DNA of 46,399 nt from a virus (lineage: Duplodnaviria > Caudoviricetes). Below are positions 35,095 to 45,308 of this stretch, in pieces. Made by a program: the position numbers and the translations under genes. Every line of letters starts with the position of its first letter. Positions within the stretch are counted from its first letter, which is position 1. The notes under the pieces are model-generated. The model worked only from the letters and a program-made list of their open reading frames with translations. It did no database searches and was not told the DNA's origin. The DNA lies in IMG/VR virus record IMGVR_UViG_3300027265_000053, positions 1-46,399 of that record; one strand, written 5' to 3'.

Positions 35095-36173
35095 ACGATC
35101 TTGTTACCTTAACTGTCAATGGCCTGGATTATTCCGGATGGAAATCGGTCCGCATTGGAGCCGGGCTGGAGCGTATCGCTCGTAGCTTTGAGTTGTCCGT
35201 AACCGACCACTGGCCGGGCAGCGCCGATCAAGTACGGCGCATAGTGCCGGGCGATTTATGCGAGGTCCGCATCGGCAATGATCTGGTTTGCACCGGTTAC
35301 GTCGACGCCACTCCAATCGATTACGATGCAACCAGCATCACTATTATGATCCGTGGCCGTAGCCTTACCGCCGATTTGGTCGATTGCTCCGCCGAAAACT
35401 CGCCCGGCCAGTTTAAAGGCCTAAAAGTCGAGGCCATCGCGCAAAAACTGGCAGCGCCTTACGGCTTGGGCGTGTTGACCGAGACGGCCACCGGTCCGGC
35501 TATTACCGATCACCAAATCCAGCAAGGCGAGACGGCATTCGAATCGCTTGACCGCCTGGCTAAGCAGCGGCAAATACTAATCACCGACAACGCCAACGGC
35601 GACGTCGTGCTGGCGTCTCCAGGCAGCGGCGGCGTTGCGTTTAGCGCGCTGGAGTTGGGCGTCAATATCCTGTCCGGTTCTGCTGGTTTTGACTATTCCG
35701 AGGTTTACAGCAAGTACGTTGTCAAAGGCCAAAAAAGCGGCACCGATGACGATTTTGGCGCCGGTGCGGCTGCATCTCAAGGTGTTGCCGATGGCGGCTT
35801 GCGGCGTCATCGAGTCTTGATTGTCCGGCAATCAGGGCAGGCTGACGCCAATACCTGTAAACAACGGGCGCAATACGAGCAGCAAGTCAGGGCGGCTAAA
35901 GCTGAAGAAATCCGTTACCGCATCGTGGGGTGGCGGCAGGAAGACGGCTCGCTGTGGCGGCCTAATCAAATGGTTTCAATCGTCGACGGCATCATGAGGG
36001 CCAAGCCGTCGCTATTGATCTCGGAGTGCATCTGGACGCTGGATGATTCCGGCATGATAACCGAGTTAGTAGTAATACCGCCGGACGCGTTTTTGACTGA
36101 TCCGGAAAAACAAGAAAAAGCTGCGAAGCGCAAAAAGAGCAAATCCGGCGTCGATGCGTCGTGGGTGGATTGA
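35091..36173 (+). CDS. Baseplate hub (Mu gp44-like)
   Basis: YSGWKSVRI, TGYVD, GRSLTADLVDCS, GWRQEDGSLWRPN. Confidence 0.93.
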   Translation: MNDLVTLTVNGLDYSGWKSVRIGAGLERIARSFELSVTDHWPGSADQVRRIVPGDLCEVRIGNDLVCTGYVDATPIDYDATSITIMIRGRSLTADLVDCSAENSPGQFKGLKVEAIAQKLAAPYGLGVLTETATGPAITDHQIQQGETAFESLDRLAKQRQILITDNANGDVVLASPGSGGVAFSALELGVNILSGSAGFDYSEVYSKYVVKGQKSGTDDDFGAGAAASQGVADGGLRRHRVLIVRQSGQADANTCKQRAQYEQQVRAAKAEEIRYRIVGWRQEDGSLWRPNQMVSIVDGIMRAKPSLLISECIWTLDDSGMITELVVIPPDAFLTDPEKQEKAAKRKKSKSGVDASWVD

Positions 36174-36174
36174 T

Positions 36175-36672
36175 ATGCCGATAAAAAGAGCCATGGCGCC
36201 GATAGCGCGGCAAATCAGCAACATGCTGGCACGCGGTTCGGTCACGCTGGCCAATTCGGCCGGCAAGCTGCAAACGCTGCAAATATCGTTGCTTCATGAC
36301 GAGTCTAAAGACGCGGTCGAGCATTTCGAGCCGTTCGGTTTTTCCAGTTCTCCGTTGCCCGGCGCCGAGGTCCTGGCCGCGTTTATCGAGGGCGACCGCT
36401 CGCACGGCGTCGTCCTGTCGGCAACGGACCGGCGCTATCGTCCGCAAACGTTGCAAGGCGGCGAAGCGGCTGTTTTTAACGCCCACAACATGACAATCAT
36501 ATTAACGCAAAACGGCATTGTCATCGCTGGCGGCGGCAAGCCGGTCAGTATTTCTGGAGCGCCGACCGTGACCGTAACCGGCGGTGATGTGGTTGCCGAT
36601 GGTATCAGTTTAAAAAATCACAAGCACGGCGGCGTCCAATTTGGAACAGCTCAAACAGGGGTGCCGGTTTAA
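36175..36672 (+). CDS. Baseplate spike (Mu gp45-like)
   Basis: VEHFEPFGFSS, GDRSHGVV, DRRYR, ISLKNHKHGG. Confidence 0.93.
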   Translation: MPIKRAMAPIARQISNMLARGSVTLANSAGKLQTLQISLLHDESKDAVEHFEPFGFSSSPLPGAEVLAAFIEGDRSHGVVLSATDRRYRPQTLQGGEAAVFNAHNMTIILTQNGIVIAGGGKPVSISGAPTVTVTGGDVVADGISLKNHKHGGVQFGTAQTGVPV

Positions 36673-37103
36673 TGTTGCCATTATTGTTAACCGTTGACGG
36701 TCAGGCAGCCGATCCGGGTGCAGTCACGGAACCGCTAATCAGGTCGGTCATTATCTCGCTGTTTACCTGGCGGCGTGCTAATCCTGACGACGAGCTACCC
36801 GGATCCAACAAATACGGTTGGTGGGGCGATACCTACGCCACCATCGCTAACGACCGCATCGGCTCGCGCCTATGGCTGTTGTCTAGGTCAAAGTTGACTA
36901 TCGAAACGGCGCAAAAAGCCAAAGAATACGCCGAAGAGGCGTTGCAGTGGCTGATTGACGACGGTGTTGTCGCATCGGTGCGGGTGCAATCCGAGCGTCA
37001 GGACATCGACCGGCTCGCGCTGGGCATTGTGCTCGTGGGCGGCGACAAGTCGTTGCTCAATATCCGTTTTACTCATGTATGGGATTATCTCAATGCCATT
37101 TAA
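36672..37103 (+). CDS. Baseplate protein (Mu gp46-like)
   Basis: ISLFTWRRA, GWWGD, GSRLWLL, YAEEALQWLIDDG. Confidence 0.93.
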   Translation: MLPLLLTVDGQAADPGAVTEPLIRSVIISLFTWRRANPDDELPGSNKYGWWGDTYATIANDRIGSRLWLLSRSKLTIETAQKAKEYAEEALQWLIDDGVVASVRVQSERQDIDRLALGIVLVGGDKSLLNIRFTHVWDYLNAI

Positions 37104-38136
37104 CAGACCTGCTTTGTTGGACATCGTCAATCGCACGCGCGATGACGTGTTATCCAGGTTGCCTATCACCGATCAGTTAAGGCGGTCCGACGCCGAGGTT
37201 TACGCGCGGGCTCTGGCCGGAGCAGCGCACGCGTTGTACGGCTATCTGGATTGGCTATCGATGCAATTGATTTACGACACGGCGGATAGCGACTTGCTTG
37301 AGCGCTGGGCCGGTATCTGGGGTGTCCCTCGCAAGGCGTCCAGTTTTGCCGGCGGCACGGTGACGTTTAGCGGGTCCAATGGAGCGACACTGCTCGGTGG
37401 ATCGCAATGGGTCGCTTACGACGGCCAGTTATATACAACGGCGGCTGATGCGCTGATTGTCGGTGGCAGCGCGACGGCAACGGTAACTGCCGTTGCGGCT
37501 GGTATTGCCGGTAATCGGTTGGCTGGGCAAACATTTACGCTCGCTCAGCCTGTCGCCGGCATTAGCGCCAGTGCGGTAGCTGGCGCAATGACCGGCGGTG
37601 CGGAAATTGAGGATTACGATAGTCTGCGCTCTCGGCTGCTGGCCCGGATCAAACAGCCGCCGCAAGGCGGCGATAAAACCGATTACGTCGCGTGGGCGCT
37701 TGCCGTGCCGGGTGTGACTAGGGCGTGGTGCTATCCGCTTGAGTTGGGGGCCGGTACTGTCGTGTTGCGCTTTATGATGGACGGCACTTATGCTGACGGC
37801 ATCCCATTGTCAGGCGATGTTGCAGCGGTTGCTGCTTATGTTGATCCATTGCGGCCGGTGACGGCTAATGTCACCGTCGTTGCGCCGATTGCGATACCGC
37901 AAAACTTTACCATTACCGGTTTGACGCCGACATCATCCAGGTCGGTCGTTACGCAAAGCCTTGCCGATTTGATCGCGCGCAAAGCTACGCCGGGCGGAAC
38001 TATTTTATGGTCTGACCAAAACGAGGCAATAAAAACAGCGGCCGGCGTAGTTGATTTTACGTTGACATCGCCAAGCGCCAATATCGTTAGTGCGTCCGGC
38101 CATATCGCTACCATGGGTGCGGTAACATGGCTCTAA
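37093..38136 (+). CDS. Baseplate J (Mu gp47-like)
   Basis: GGAEIE...LRSRLL, PQGGDKTDYVAWA..VPGVTRAW. Confidence 0.93.
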   Translation: MPFNRPALLDIVNRTRDDVLSRLPITDQLRRSDAEVYARALAGAAHALYGYLDWLSMQLIYDTADSDLLERWAGIWGVPRKASSFAGGTVTFSGSNGATLLGGSQWVAYDGQLYTTAADALIVGGSATATVTAVAAGIAGNRLAGQTFTLAQPVAGISASAVAGAMTGGAEIEDYDSLRSRLLARIKQPPQGGDKTDYVAWALAVPGVTRAWCYPLELGAGTVVLRFMMDGTYADGIPLSGDVAAVAAYVDPLRPVTANVTVVAPIAIPQNFTITGLTPTSSRSVVTQSLADLIARKATPGGTILWSDQNEAIKTAAGVVDFTLTSPSANIVSASGHIATMGAVTWL

Positions 38137-38711
38137 CGGCAGATGATTATTACCGGCAACTGGTTGCATTGTTGCCGCATGGCCCCGCTTGGAGTGTTGA
38201 GGACTCAAATTTTGCCTCTCAGTTGCTCAACGGATTTGCGCAGGAGTTGGCACGCATCCAAGCTCGCGCCGATGCGCTGATAGATGAGGCAGATCCGCGC
38301 TCAAGCTACGAGTTATTGTCCGATTTAGAGCGCAATTTTGGCTTGCCTACCGATTGTATGGCTGGCATTGATCAGTCGTTGCAACAGCGACGCAATGCGC
38401 TGGTATCGCAAATGGTCAGTGTCGGCGGCCAGTCGCGAGCATATTTTATAGCGCTGGCCGCCGCCGCGGGATTTACGATCACCATCACCGAATTTAGGCC
38501 TTTTACCGTGGGCATGACCGTTGCCGATCCGCTGTACGGTGCTGAGTGGGCTTATGCTTGGCAGGTCAATGCTCAGGGGGCGGCCGTAACCCATTTTACC
38601 GTTGCCAGTGGAGTCAACGAGTCGTTATCCGCGTGGGGCAATGAGTTGTTGGAGTGTTTGCTAAAGCGCTATAAGCCAGCGCATACAGCATTAAATTTTT
38701 TATATTTTTAA
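38127..38711 (+). CDS. Baseplate protein (Mu gp48/DUF2313)
   Basis: LLPHGPAW, EADPR, GGQSRAYFI, KPAHT. Confidence 0.92.
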   Translation: MALTADDYYRQLVALLPHGPAWSVEDSNFASQLLNGFAQELARIQARADALIDEADPRSSYELLSDLERNFGLPTDCMAGIDQSLQQRRNALVSQMVSVGGQSRAYFIALAAAAGFTITITEFRPFTVGMTVADPLYGAEWAYAWQVNAQGAAVTHFTVASGVNESLSAWGNELLECLLKRYKPAHTALNFLYF

Positions 38712-38723
38712 GGGGGTTGCAAT

Positions 38724-40025
38724 TTGGAAACGCGCAATTATGAATCTGGGGCAGCGGCATCGCCGCCGACGGCTCCGGTCACGCCGAGTATTGGTTATCC
38801 TACAAATGGCGACCCATTAACGCCAACGCCAGCGACGATGCCGGGAGCGTTTTGGTTTTTTAAAATCGGCGAGGCGTTGAGGTCCATTATTACGGGTTGC
38901 GGGTTTACTCCGTCCGACGATGATTTGCTGCAACTGGCTAAATCGATCCAGTCAGGGGGGCTAAATATTGCGTTGGCGGCGGGAACAAGCGACGCTATTA
39001 TTGCTACGTTTGGTCAGCCTGTTTTGGCGCTTAAAAACGGCATGGCTTTATATGTCAAGGCTTCGGCGGCCAACGACACCACGACGCCGACATTTACGCC
39101 AAACGCCGGAGTCGTGGCGGCTAAAGTGATCGTAAAAGGTGCTGGGCAGGCGCTTGCTGTCGCCGATATTGCCGGTGCCGGGCACTGGATCGAGCTGCGA
39201 TACGATAGCGGCATTGATAAATGGGTGCTGATTAATCCGGCTACGGGTGTTACGCAAGTCGCGGTTGGTAATTCCAGTTTTAGGGGGTTGCTAGGTTATA
39301 TTGGCACAACCAATACTACATATGCCGTAACGGCGCCGGATGCGATAGTAGTTGACTCGGATGGGATTGGTCATCGATTAACTAGTTTAAATTTAAATTC
39401 GCTTGATCTTACGCTTGCTCAAGCCGGGTCGGTAATAAATGGCCGCGACCAGTCGTCCACATTTGGCGCCGGATTAATTTTTTGCTATGTGGTGTGGGGT
39501 AATGGTCACTCGGCAGGCCTGCTTTTTTCTGGGTCAGAAACTAATCCGGTGTTGCCGACTGGCTATACCCATAAGGCTATTGTTGGACCCTTGTACTGGA
39601 GTGGCACGAGTTTTTCTGTTGCCTATCGGTATTATAATAATGCTTGTTATATCGATACGGCCCCGTTAGTGTTGTCAAACGGCACGGGTACTGCTGAAAC
39701 GCAAGTTAATACATCTACTTATATCAGTGCGCTGGTAAGCTACGTCATATATAAAATCAGTGGCACGATGACGTCAGACAGTTTAAACCGAAAAGTAATA
39801 GATACGCAGCTGAGGCATATTAGTGGTGTTGATTTTATGCATTTATCAGCGCCTACCTATGATTATGCGACCAGCTCGGCTGGTATGCCGTCGGTAACCG
39901 GTGTCCAAATACTGATTCCTAACGCCGGTCAAAAGTTATTTTATTTACAAACCGTTACGTTGGGTAGTGCGCCGTTGCTAAGCATTGGCATAGCGGGGTT
40001 TGTTTATCCAAACGGAGCCAATTGA
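38724..40025 (+). CDS. Tail fibre / receptor-binding protein
   Basis: GYPTNGDP..PAT.PGAFWF N-terminal anchor; AT-richer C-terminus. Confidence 0.85.
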   Translation: METRNYESGAAASPPTAPVTPSIGYPTNGDPLTPTPATMPGAFWFFKIGEALRSIITGCGFTPSDDDLLQLAKSIQSGGLNIALAAGTSDAIIATFGQPVLALKNGMALYVKASAANDTTTPTFTPNAGVVAAKVIVKGAGQALAVADIAGAGHWIELRYDSGIDKWVLINPATGVTQVAVGNSSFRGLLGYIGTTNTTYAVTAPDAIVVDSDGIGHRLTSLNLNSLDLTLAQAGSVINGRDQSSTFGAGLIFCYVVWGNGHSAGLLFSGSETNPVLPTGYTHKAIVGPLYWSGTSFSVAYRYYNNACYIDTAPLVLSNGTGTAETQVNTSTYISALVSYVIYKISGTMTSDSLNRKVIDTQLRHISGVDFMHLSAPTYDYATSSAGMPSVTGVQILIPNAGQKLFYLQTVTLGSAPLLSIGIAGFVYPNGAN

Positions 40026-40390
40026 TGATCGTATATAGTGTAAGACAAGGCGAGGCATCCGACGTTAGATTCGAGGATGACGATTACATATTAAGCCAAG
40101 ATGAATTTGTTTTTGCTGGCGCTGTTATCCCTGATGTTTCTGAGTTGCATGATCAGCAGTTTGTTGATAAGCAAGCCCTGGATTCGTTTATCCGTGAAAT
40201 TATCGAGGCTCTTAATGAGTCTGAAATTAGTAATAGCCGAATCGTGAGTGCTTTGGTGCTAGGGGAAGTGTCTGCTGAATCTCCGGATGTTATTGCGTGG
40301 TTTGCTTGGCGCAAGAATCTTAGAGTGATGCTGCGTAATCAAGTGATTTCCGACTTGCCGCCAAAGCCGCCGTATCCAGACAACACTTAA
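40025..40390 (+). CDS. Tail fibre assembly-like protein
   Basis: W..WRKNLR...LPPKPPYP C-terminus. Confidence 0.65.
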   Translation: MIVYSVRQGEASDVRFEDDDYILSQDEFVFAGAVIPDVSELHDQQFVDKQALDSFIREIIEALNESEISNSRIVSALVLGEVSAESPDVIAWFAWRKNLRVMLRNQVISDLPPKPPYPDNT

Positions 40391-40588
40391 TCATGCTAAC
40401 CAAGTCGCTGCAATCTGAGTTTTTTTTTCAAGCGCCCGAAGCTCCGGCTCATCATCCGGATGCAGCCAAAAATCACGGCGCTTGAATAGACCGCCATGGC
40501 TCAGCCGGGCGCGGTGATCTGCTTGCAATTCGGCGTTTGACTTGGCTTTGGTTGTGGTTGTATCTTCGTTTTTGCTCATATTAGCCAT
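40391..40588 (-). CDS. Small putative DNA-binding protein
   Basis: AKSNAELQADHRARL...RRDFWLHPDD. Confidence 0.5.
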   Translation of the reverse strand: MANMSKNEDTTTTKAKSNAELQADHRARLSHGGLFKRRDFWLHPDDEPELRALEKKTQIAATWLA

Positions 40589-40930
40589 CTATCCACGCCC
40601 AAGCCAGGGAACTCTCAAATTTCGCCAGCCAATCTGTGCTATCTATGTAAACCAATATCGATACTAAAGGCACGTCGCTTTTTTTAGCAGGCTTGCCCTT
40701 AACATGCGGCCCGCCAGGTCCAAACACCGTTGCTACTAACGCCCCATTTTGCTGTACGGCTTGTCGGAGTAATGAGATAGATCGGGCACGGGCAACGGCA
40801 TAGGTTTACCGCTTTCCAACGCCGATTTAAGCCAGGGCGATAAGAGATCAATAAAGCTTTGATCGACCTCGCTACGCGGGCTTTTGCGCTGATCGCCCGT
40901 ACTCAACGTGATGTGATAAATATAATCCAT
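40581..40930 (-). pseudogene. Frameshifted remnant of a phage ORF
   Basis: MDYIYHITLSTG..SPRSEV frame stops at 40736; another frame continues VATVFGPGGP...WLAKFESSLAWAWIDG* to 40581. Confidence 0.4.
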
Positions 40931-41088
40931 GAGATTCTTTATAATATTGGCGGCATTTTGAAATAATCGCGCCAGTGCATTTTTTGGATAAAATAATAAA
41001 TCCATAATAAATAAATCAATAACTTATAGATGCTTGTGAATAAAATTATTTTAAATAATACATTGATTAGTTTGATATAACTCAATAT

Positions 41089-41133
41089 CTGTTAATCATT
41101 AGGTCGGCGGTTCGAGCCCGTCCGGGGGAGCCA
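41089..41133 (+). other. Prophage att core: 3' half of tRNA-Asn(GTT)
   Basis: CT-GTT-AA-TCATT-AGGTC-GGCGG-TTCGAGC-CCGTC-CGGGGGA-G-CCA with no 5' half; IHF-like AATCAATAACTTA at 41014-41026. Confidence 0.85.
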
Positions 41134-41141
41134 GATAAAAG

Positions 41142-41173
41142 AAAGCCTTACATGCAAATGTAGGGCTTTTTTT
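41142..41173 (+). terminator. Terminator following the tRNA fragment
   Basis: AAAGCCTTACAT-GCAA-ATGTAGGGCTTT-TTTT. Confidence 0.85.
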
Positions 41174-41399
41174 ATGCCTGTAGGAAAATCTCAAAACCAA
41201 ACAACCAACAATTCGCAACAGATTGAGGTTAAAAACGTGTCCACCCAGCGCTAGCTGAAACGGCACAATTCAAAAGAATCCTTATGGCTCGGTCGCTCCA
41301 ATGTGTGGCGGCGTACAGACACATGGCGGCGGCTCGTTTAGTATTTTAAGTTGCTGTATATACTCTGAGTGGTCAAGTTTTCAGTTTTTATAATTTACC

Positions 41400-41432
41400 G
41401 TAGGGTGGATGCGTTGCGCTTATCCACCCTAC
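41400..41432 (+). repeat. GTAG-family REP palindrome
   Basis: GTAGGGTGGAT...ATCCACCCTAC. Confidence 0.75.
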
Positions 41433-41730
41433 AAATTGGTAACTTTCACGGTAATAAGCCGAAAATCTGACCGTCTAAAGTATATATGAGTGAGGCCTAC
41501 TCTCGCGATACCGAGCAACACAGCACAACTCTGTATGTACTATCGTTGAATAGCGAAATCCGCCGTCCGGTTAAGCGGATTAACGTTGCGTTCTCCAGCC
41601 TTTACAATCCCGGAACCGTGCTGAATCTGCCCGTCGACCTGTCGCAAGCGCCTTCAGTCATCGCGGCCATTACACCAAAGCTAAAGGAATCGGCCTATGA
41701 ACTATCATCGTTTAAGCAAATTTGCCGACT

Positions 41731-43377
41731 ATGGCTACCCATCTCTCCAAGCTTGACCTTATCCTGAACACCATCACCGACGGCGTTTTGGTGGTAGATA
41801 GCCACGGCGTCGTACTCTATGCCAACCAAGCCGCCGAAATCCTGCTGGAACGCAGCCCGTTAGTCGGTCAGTCGCTGGCGATCCCCGTCAATCCGGGCAA
41901 CAACAGCCATCAGGATATTAACCTGATCCGTCCGAACGGATTCGCCTGGGCGGAAATGCGTTCCGCGCCGCTGGAATGGGATGGGCGGCCCGGCTACGTC
42001 ATTGCCCTGCGCGACATCACCGAACGCAAGTCGGCGGAAGAGGAGATCAAACAACTTGCCTTCTATGATTTACTGACCAAGCTTCCTAACCGGCGGCTGT
42101 TACAGGAGCGGTTGAAACACAGCATTGACGTGGAACGCCGCCAAAGCAAGCAACTGGCCTTGTTGATGCTGGACCTGGATCGATTTAAAGCAGTCAACGA
42201 CAGCCTGGGGCATCAGGCGGGCGACGAGCTATTGCAACAAGTCGCGGAAAGAATCACAAACCGATTGCGCGATATAGACATGGTTGCCCGTTTGGGCGGC
42301 GATGAATTTATCGTGTTACTGGAAGATATTGCTCACCCGGACGATGCCGCACGGGTCGCTAAAAAAATTATCGCCGATTTAAGCAAGCCTTTTAAATTGG
42401 CCCAAAGTGACGATGTGCGGATAGGCGCCAGCATTGGCATCAGCCTGTATCCGCAGCACGGAGACAGCTCTGAAATATTACTGGATCATGCCGATGCAGC
42501 GTTATATCACGCCAAAGATAGCGGCCGCGGCTGTTTTGCCTATTTTTCCGAAGACTTGACGATGGTAGTCCGTGAACGCATTGCCTTGGAAGCGCGCCTG
42601 CGCAAAGCGCTTGAACAGCATGAGCTATGCGTTTTTTTTCAACCGCAAGTGGACATCGCCAGTAGCCGTATTATCGGTGCGGAAGCATTAGTGCGTTGGC
42701 GAGATCCGATTGAAGGGCTGATTGGGCCTATCCACTTTATTCCTCTTGCCGAAGAAACCGGCCTGATTTTGGAGATTGGCGAATGGGTGCTGAGGGAAGC
42801 CTGCCGTCAAGGCCGGTTGTGGCTGGATATGGGCTTGCCGCCGTTGACCATAGCGGTTAACGTTTCCTCGCACCAGTTCCATCGCAGCGATATTAACGCC
42901 TTGGCGGCAAAGATACTGGCAGAAACCCGTTTTCCGGCACAACGGCTGGAACTGGAAATAACGGAAAGCGGCTTAATGGAAAATCAGGACAAAACCACCG
43001 TTATTCTCAACAGCCTGCATGTACAAGGCATTCATCTTGCCATTGACGATTTCGGTACCGGGTATTCGTCACTGGCTTATCTGAAAAGTTTCTCCCTGGA
43101 TGTGCTGAAAATCGACAAGAGTTTCATTGCCGAGATTCCCTATAATACCGACGACATGGAAATTGCCGCGACCATTGTGGCGATGGGGCATACCTTAGGC
43201 TTCAAAGTGCTGGCGGAAGGCGTGGAAACGCCGGAGCAGTTGGCTTTCTTACGCAAAGCCGGTTGCGATACTTATCAGGGATTTTTTAAAAGCCGCCCTG
43301 TACCGGCTGAAGAGTTTGCCGAGTTATTGGGCGAGCAAAAAAGGAGAGTAACCGGGTTTAAAATGCATGGCTTATAG
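41731..43377 (+). CDS. PAS-GGDEF-EAL c-di-GMP signalling protein
   Basis: DGVLVVD..YANQAA; RLGGDEF; AEALVRW; DDFGTGYSS; AEGVET. Confidence 0.95.
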   Translation: MATHLSKLDLILNTITDGVLVVDSHGVVLYANQAAEILLERSPLVGQSLAIPVNPGNNSHQDINLIRPNGFAWAEMRSAPLEWDGRPGYVIALRDITERKSAEEEIKQLAFYDLLTKLPNRRLLQERLKHSIDVERRQSKQLALLMLDLDRFKAVNDSLGHQAGDELLQQVAERITNRLRDIDMVARLGGDEFIVLLEDIAHPDDAARVAKKIIADLSKPFKLAQSDDVRIGASIGISLYPQHGDSSEILLDHADAALYHAKDSGRGCFAYFSEDLTMVVRERIALEARLRKALEQHELCVFFQPQVDIASSRIIGAEALVRWRDPIEGLIGPIHFIPLAEETGLILEIGEWVLREACRQGRLWLDMGLPPLTIAVNVSSHQFHRSDINALAAKILAETRFPAQRLELEITESGLMENQDKTTVILNSLHVQGIHLAIDDFGTGYSSLAYLKSFSLDVLKIDKSFIAEIPYNTDDMEIAATIVAMGHTLGFKVLAEGVETPEQLAFLRKAGCDTYQGFFKSRPVPAEEFAELLGEQKRRVTGFKMHGL

Positions 43378-43541
43378 CTGAGTATCAAAGTTAAACGATT
43401 GGGGTTCTGGCGCAAAATTTGTTAAACCGAATGGTATAGTCGATTGGTCGGATTTTGTCCGTCAACCGACAGGCAAAATTCGCCCCCTAGTTGACATTCG
43501 AAGCTTTGCGCTCAATGTCGGCAGGGATTCAATTAGCAGAC

Positions 43542-43631
43542 ATTCAACGTAGAGCTAACCGGCCGCGGCCCGGAAAGCTGAAAAAACAAAACCGCATTGT
43601 AACCGCGCTCCGGTTGAGCGCCATGTTAGAC
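43542..43631 (-). repeat. Host integron attC site 1
   Basis: Minus strand GTCTAAC-ATGGC-GCTCAACC-GGAGCGCGG...CCGCGGCC-GGTTAGC-TCTAC-GTTGAAT; upstream gene stop lies inside R''. Confidence 0.92.
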
Positions 43632-45110
43632 AGCCTCGCACAAAGTACGGCGATAGGTATAGCGTTCAGCCATGAAATACCCAAGAGCCGCTATACAAAC
43701 GAAAACACTCCCAATGGCGGTGAAATCTTGATGTTTCATAGTGGTAAAAAGCAGAGTCCCCCAAGAACCGAATACCAAGATTGCCATAACAACTTGAACA
43801 TTCTGGCTAGAAACGATACTTGCACCATGGCGTGCAGAATAATACGCACTTATTGCAAATATAGGCGCACTAATTGTTAATGGCCAAACCACCGTTAGAG
43901 CCAGTGGAATGAACGCGACATCTGCTTGGTAAAACAAGTATGTTAAGAAGAATATAAAGATACCAATTACTAATGTTCCAATCCTCGCTAGAAAAACATT
44001 TTGAGTGGATGTTGTTTCAATAAAAGTTATCCCTGGATTATACAGTTCCCAAAGTGCTTGCTGTACAACAACGATAGTGCCATCCAGTGTTGATAGTTGC
44101 AAAGCCACAAAACCTGCTACAACGAGAACAGAAAATACGACAAAGATTCCTCCTGCATTTGATAGACTATTTAAGATAGTAGATATTGTGTTACCCATGT
44201 TTGATTGGTAGTACGGTGCAGAAATTATACCTATAACAGCAAATAGAAGCAGACTTACAGCAATGAATCCACCGCTTTTCAGAAAAACTTTTACTTTTAC
44301 TGATGCATCGTAGTTTGTAGAAATCGATACGTTTAGTGCGCTGTAAAACTGAGTCATAACCGCATTGACTATTACCGAGAATGCTATCATCACGAGTTCG
44401 AAAAAAGTTAAACTGTTTTTTGCGGCATCAGGTGTTATTGCTTGTTGATGGAGTTCAACTGAAGACGGGAATAGAAGTAAAACAATAAGTAACGCAATTA
44501 TCGATAAGACTATAAATACTGCTTGTACTAAGTCTGTTCCAATCGCTGCCCGGATTCCACCAGACCAAGTGTAGAAGATTGCAACCGCCAATAAGGTAAA
44601 TGCCACTCCCAAAGGCGTAACCCATGTTTCGCCAGTTTCAGGAGTTGTCAGTGCTATATACAATTGCGATGATGCATAGAGTTCGAAAGCACACAATAAT
44701 AGATAAACAATTGCCTGCATTATTACGTAGGCATTAATCACACGTACAGTCGCTCGGTTATTGGTTTCGTTTGTAGTGTTGCGGATAAAGTCTAGGTATG
44801 AGTGGCAACGATTATTGGAATCAAAGTATTTTTTTAGAAGGTTCGTGTAGAGTGCCAAAATCCCATACCCGATAAAAACACTGAATGGTGCAAGTATGGC
44901 GAAAAATGGATTTTTGACTGCTAACTCAGAGATATACAAAAGTCCAGTTCCTAGCGTCAGACTACCAAGTACGAGGACAACTATTCCGTTCCTTTCGCGG
45001 CGAGTGTGGAAATAGTCGAATTGTGACTTAATGCCTGTATAAGTCATTGACGCAATGCCACCATAGACAGCGCATGAAATTATGAAAGCAGCAAAAGATG
45101 CACCAAACAT
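43626..45110 (-). CDS. Multi-pass membrane protein, Na+/solute symporter-like, cassette-borne
   Basis: About 13 TM segments; YTWSGGIRAAIGTDLVQ and LSTLDG motifs. Confidence 0.8.
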   Translation of the reverse strand: MFGASFAAFIISCAVYGGIASMTYTGIKSQFDYFHTRRERNGIVVLVLGSLTLGTGLLYISELAVKNPFFAILAPFSVFIGYGILALYTNLLKKYFDSNNRCHSYLDFIRNTTNETNNRATVRVINAYVIMQAIVYLLLCAFELYASSQLYIALTTPETGETWVTPLGVAFTLLAVAIFYTWSGGIRAAIGTDLVQAVFIVLSIIALLIVLLLFPSSVELHQQAITPDAAKNSLTFFELVMIAFSVIVNAVMTQFYSALNVSISTNYDASVKVKVFLKSGGFIAVSLLLFAVIGIISAPYYQSNMGNTISTILNSLSNAGGIFVVFSVLVVAGFVALQLSTLDGTIVVVQQALWELYNPGITFIETTSTQNVFLARIGTLVIGIFIFFLTYLFYQADVAFIPLALTVVWPLTISAPIFAISAYYSARHGASIVSSQNVQVVMAILVFGSWGTLLFTTMKHQDFTAIGSVFVCIAALGYFMAERYTYRRTLCEAV

Positions 45111-45308
45111 GATTATTACCTTAGGTATATGCTATGGCTAGGAGAACAACGTAATTTTCGCTCGGAGACGAAAAGCACCAAAATATGAGCATATCCCGTG
45201 GCAAATAAAATCCCAAAGCTCCAGCTTGTAAGGTGTGGTCAAGTACGAATGCATGGATGTGTGATTCGGAGGATAGGTGATCTAACATCTTTTTAACTCC
45301 TTATTTGA

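Larger units (their letters stand above)
1..41133. mobile_element. Temperate prophage (lambdoid early region, HK97-type head, Mu/SfV-type contractile tail); left end lies outside the window
   Basis: Contiguous int/xis, cI/cro, DnaB/initiator, Q, holin, HNH-terS-terL-portal-protease-MCP, sheath-tube-TMP-baseplate-fibre; right boundary is a tRNA-Asn 3' fragment. Confidence 0.95.

Noticed and set aside
13830-39257. Many minus-strand and alternate-frame ORFs across the replication and structural operons
   Set aside because: Shadow ORFs overlapping well-supported genes, explained by composition bias.
41089-41133. Functional tRNA-Asn gene
   Set aside because: The 5' acceptor strand, D arm and 5' anticodon stem are missing; upstream DNA is AT-rich phage sequence.
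41486-41767. 93-aa ORF as a separate gene or frameshifted start of the GGDEF-EAL gene
   Set aside because: No recognisable motif or RBS; cannot be supported without a search.
43491-43880. 129-aa + ORF (also 45983-46198 on -)
   Set aside because: Read-through of attC/intron sequence and antisense to real genes.
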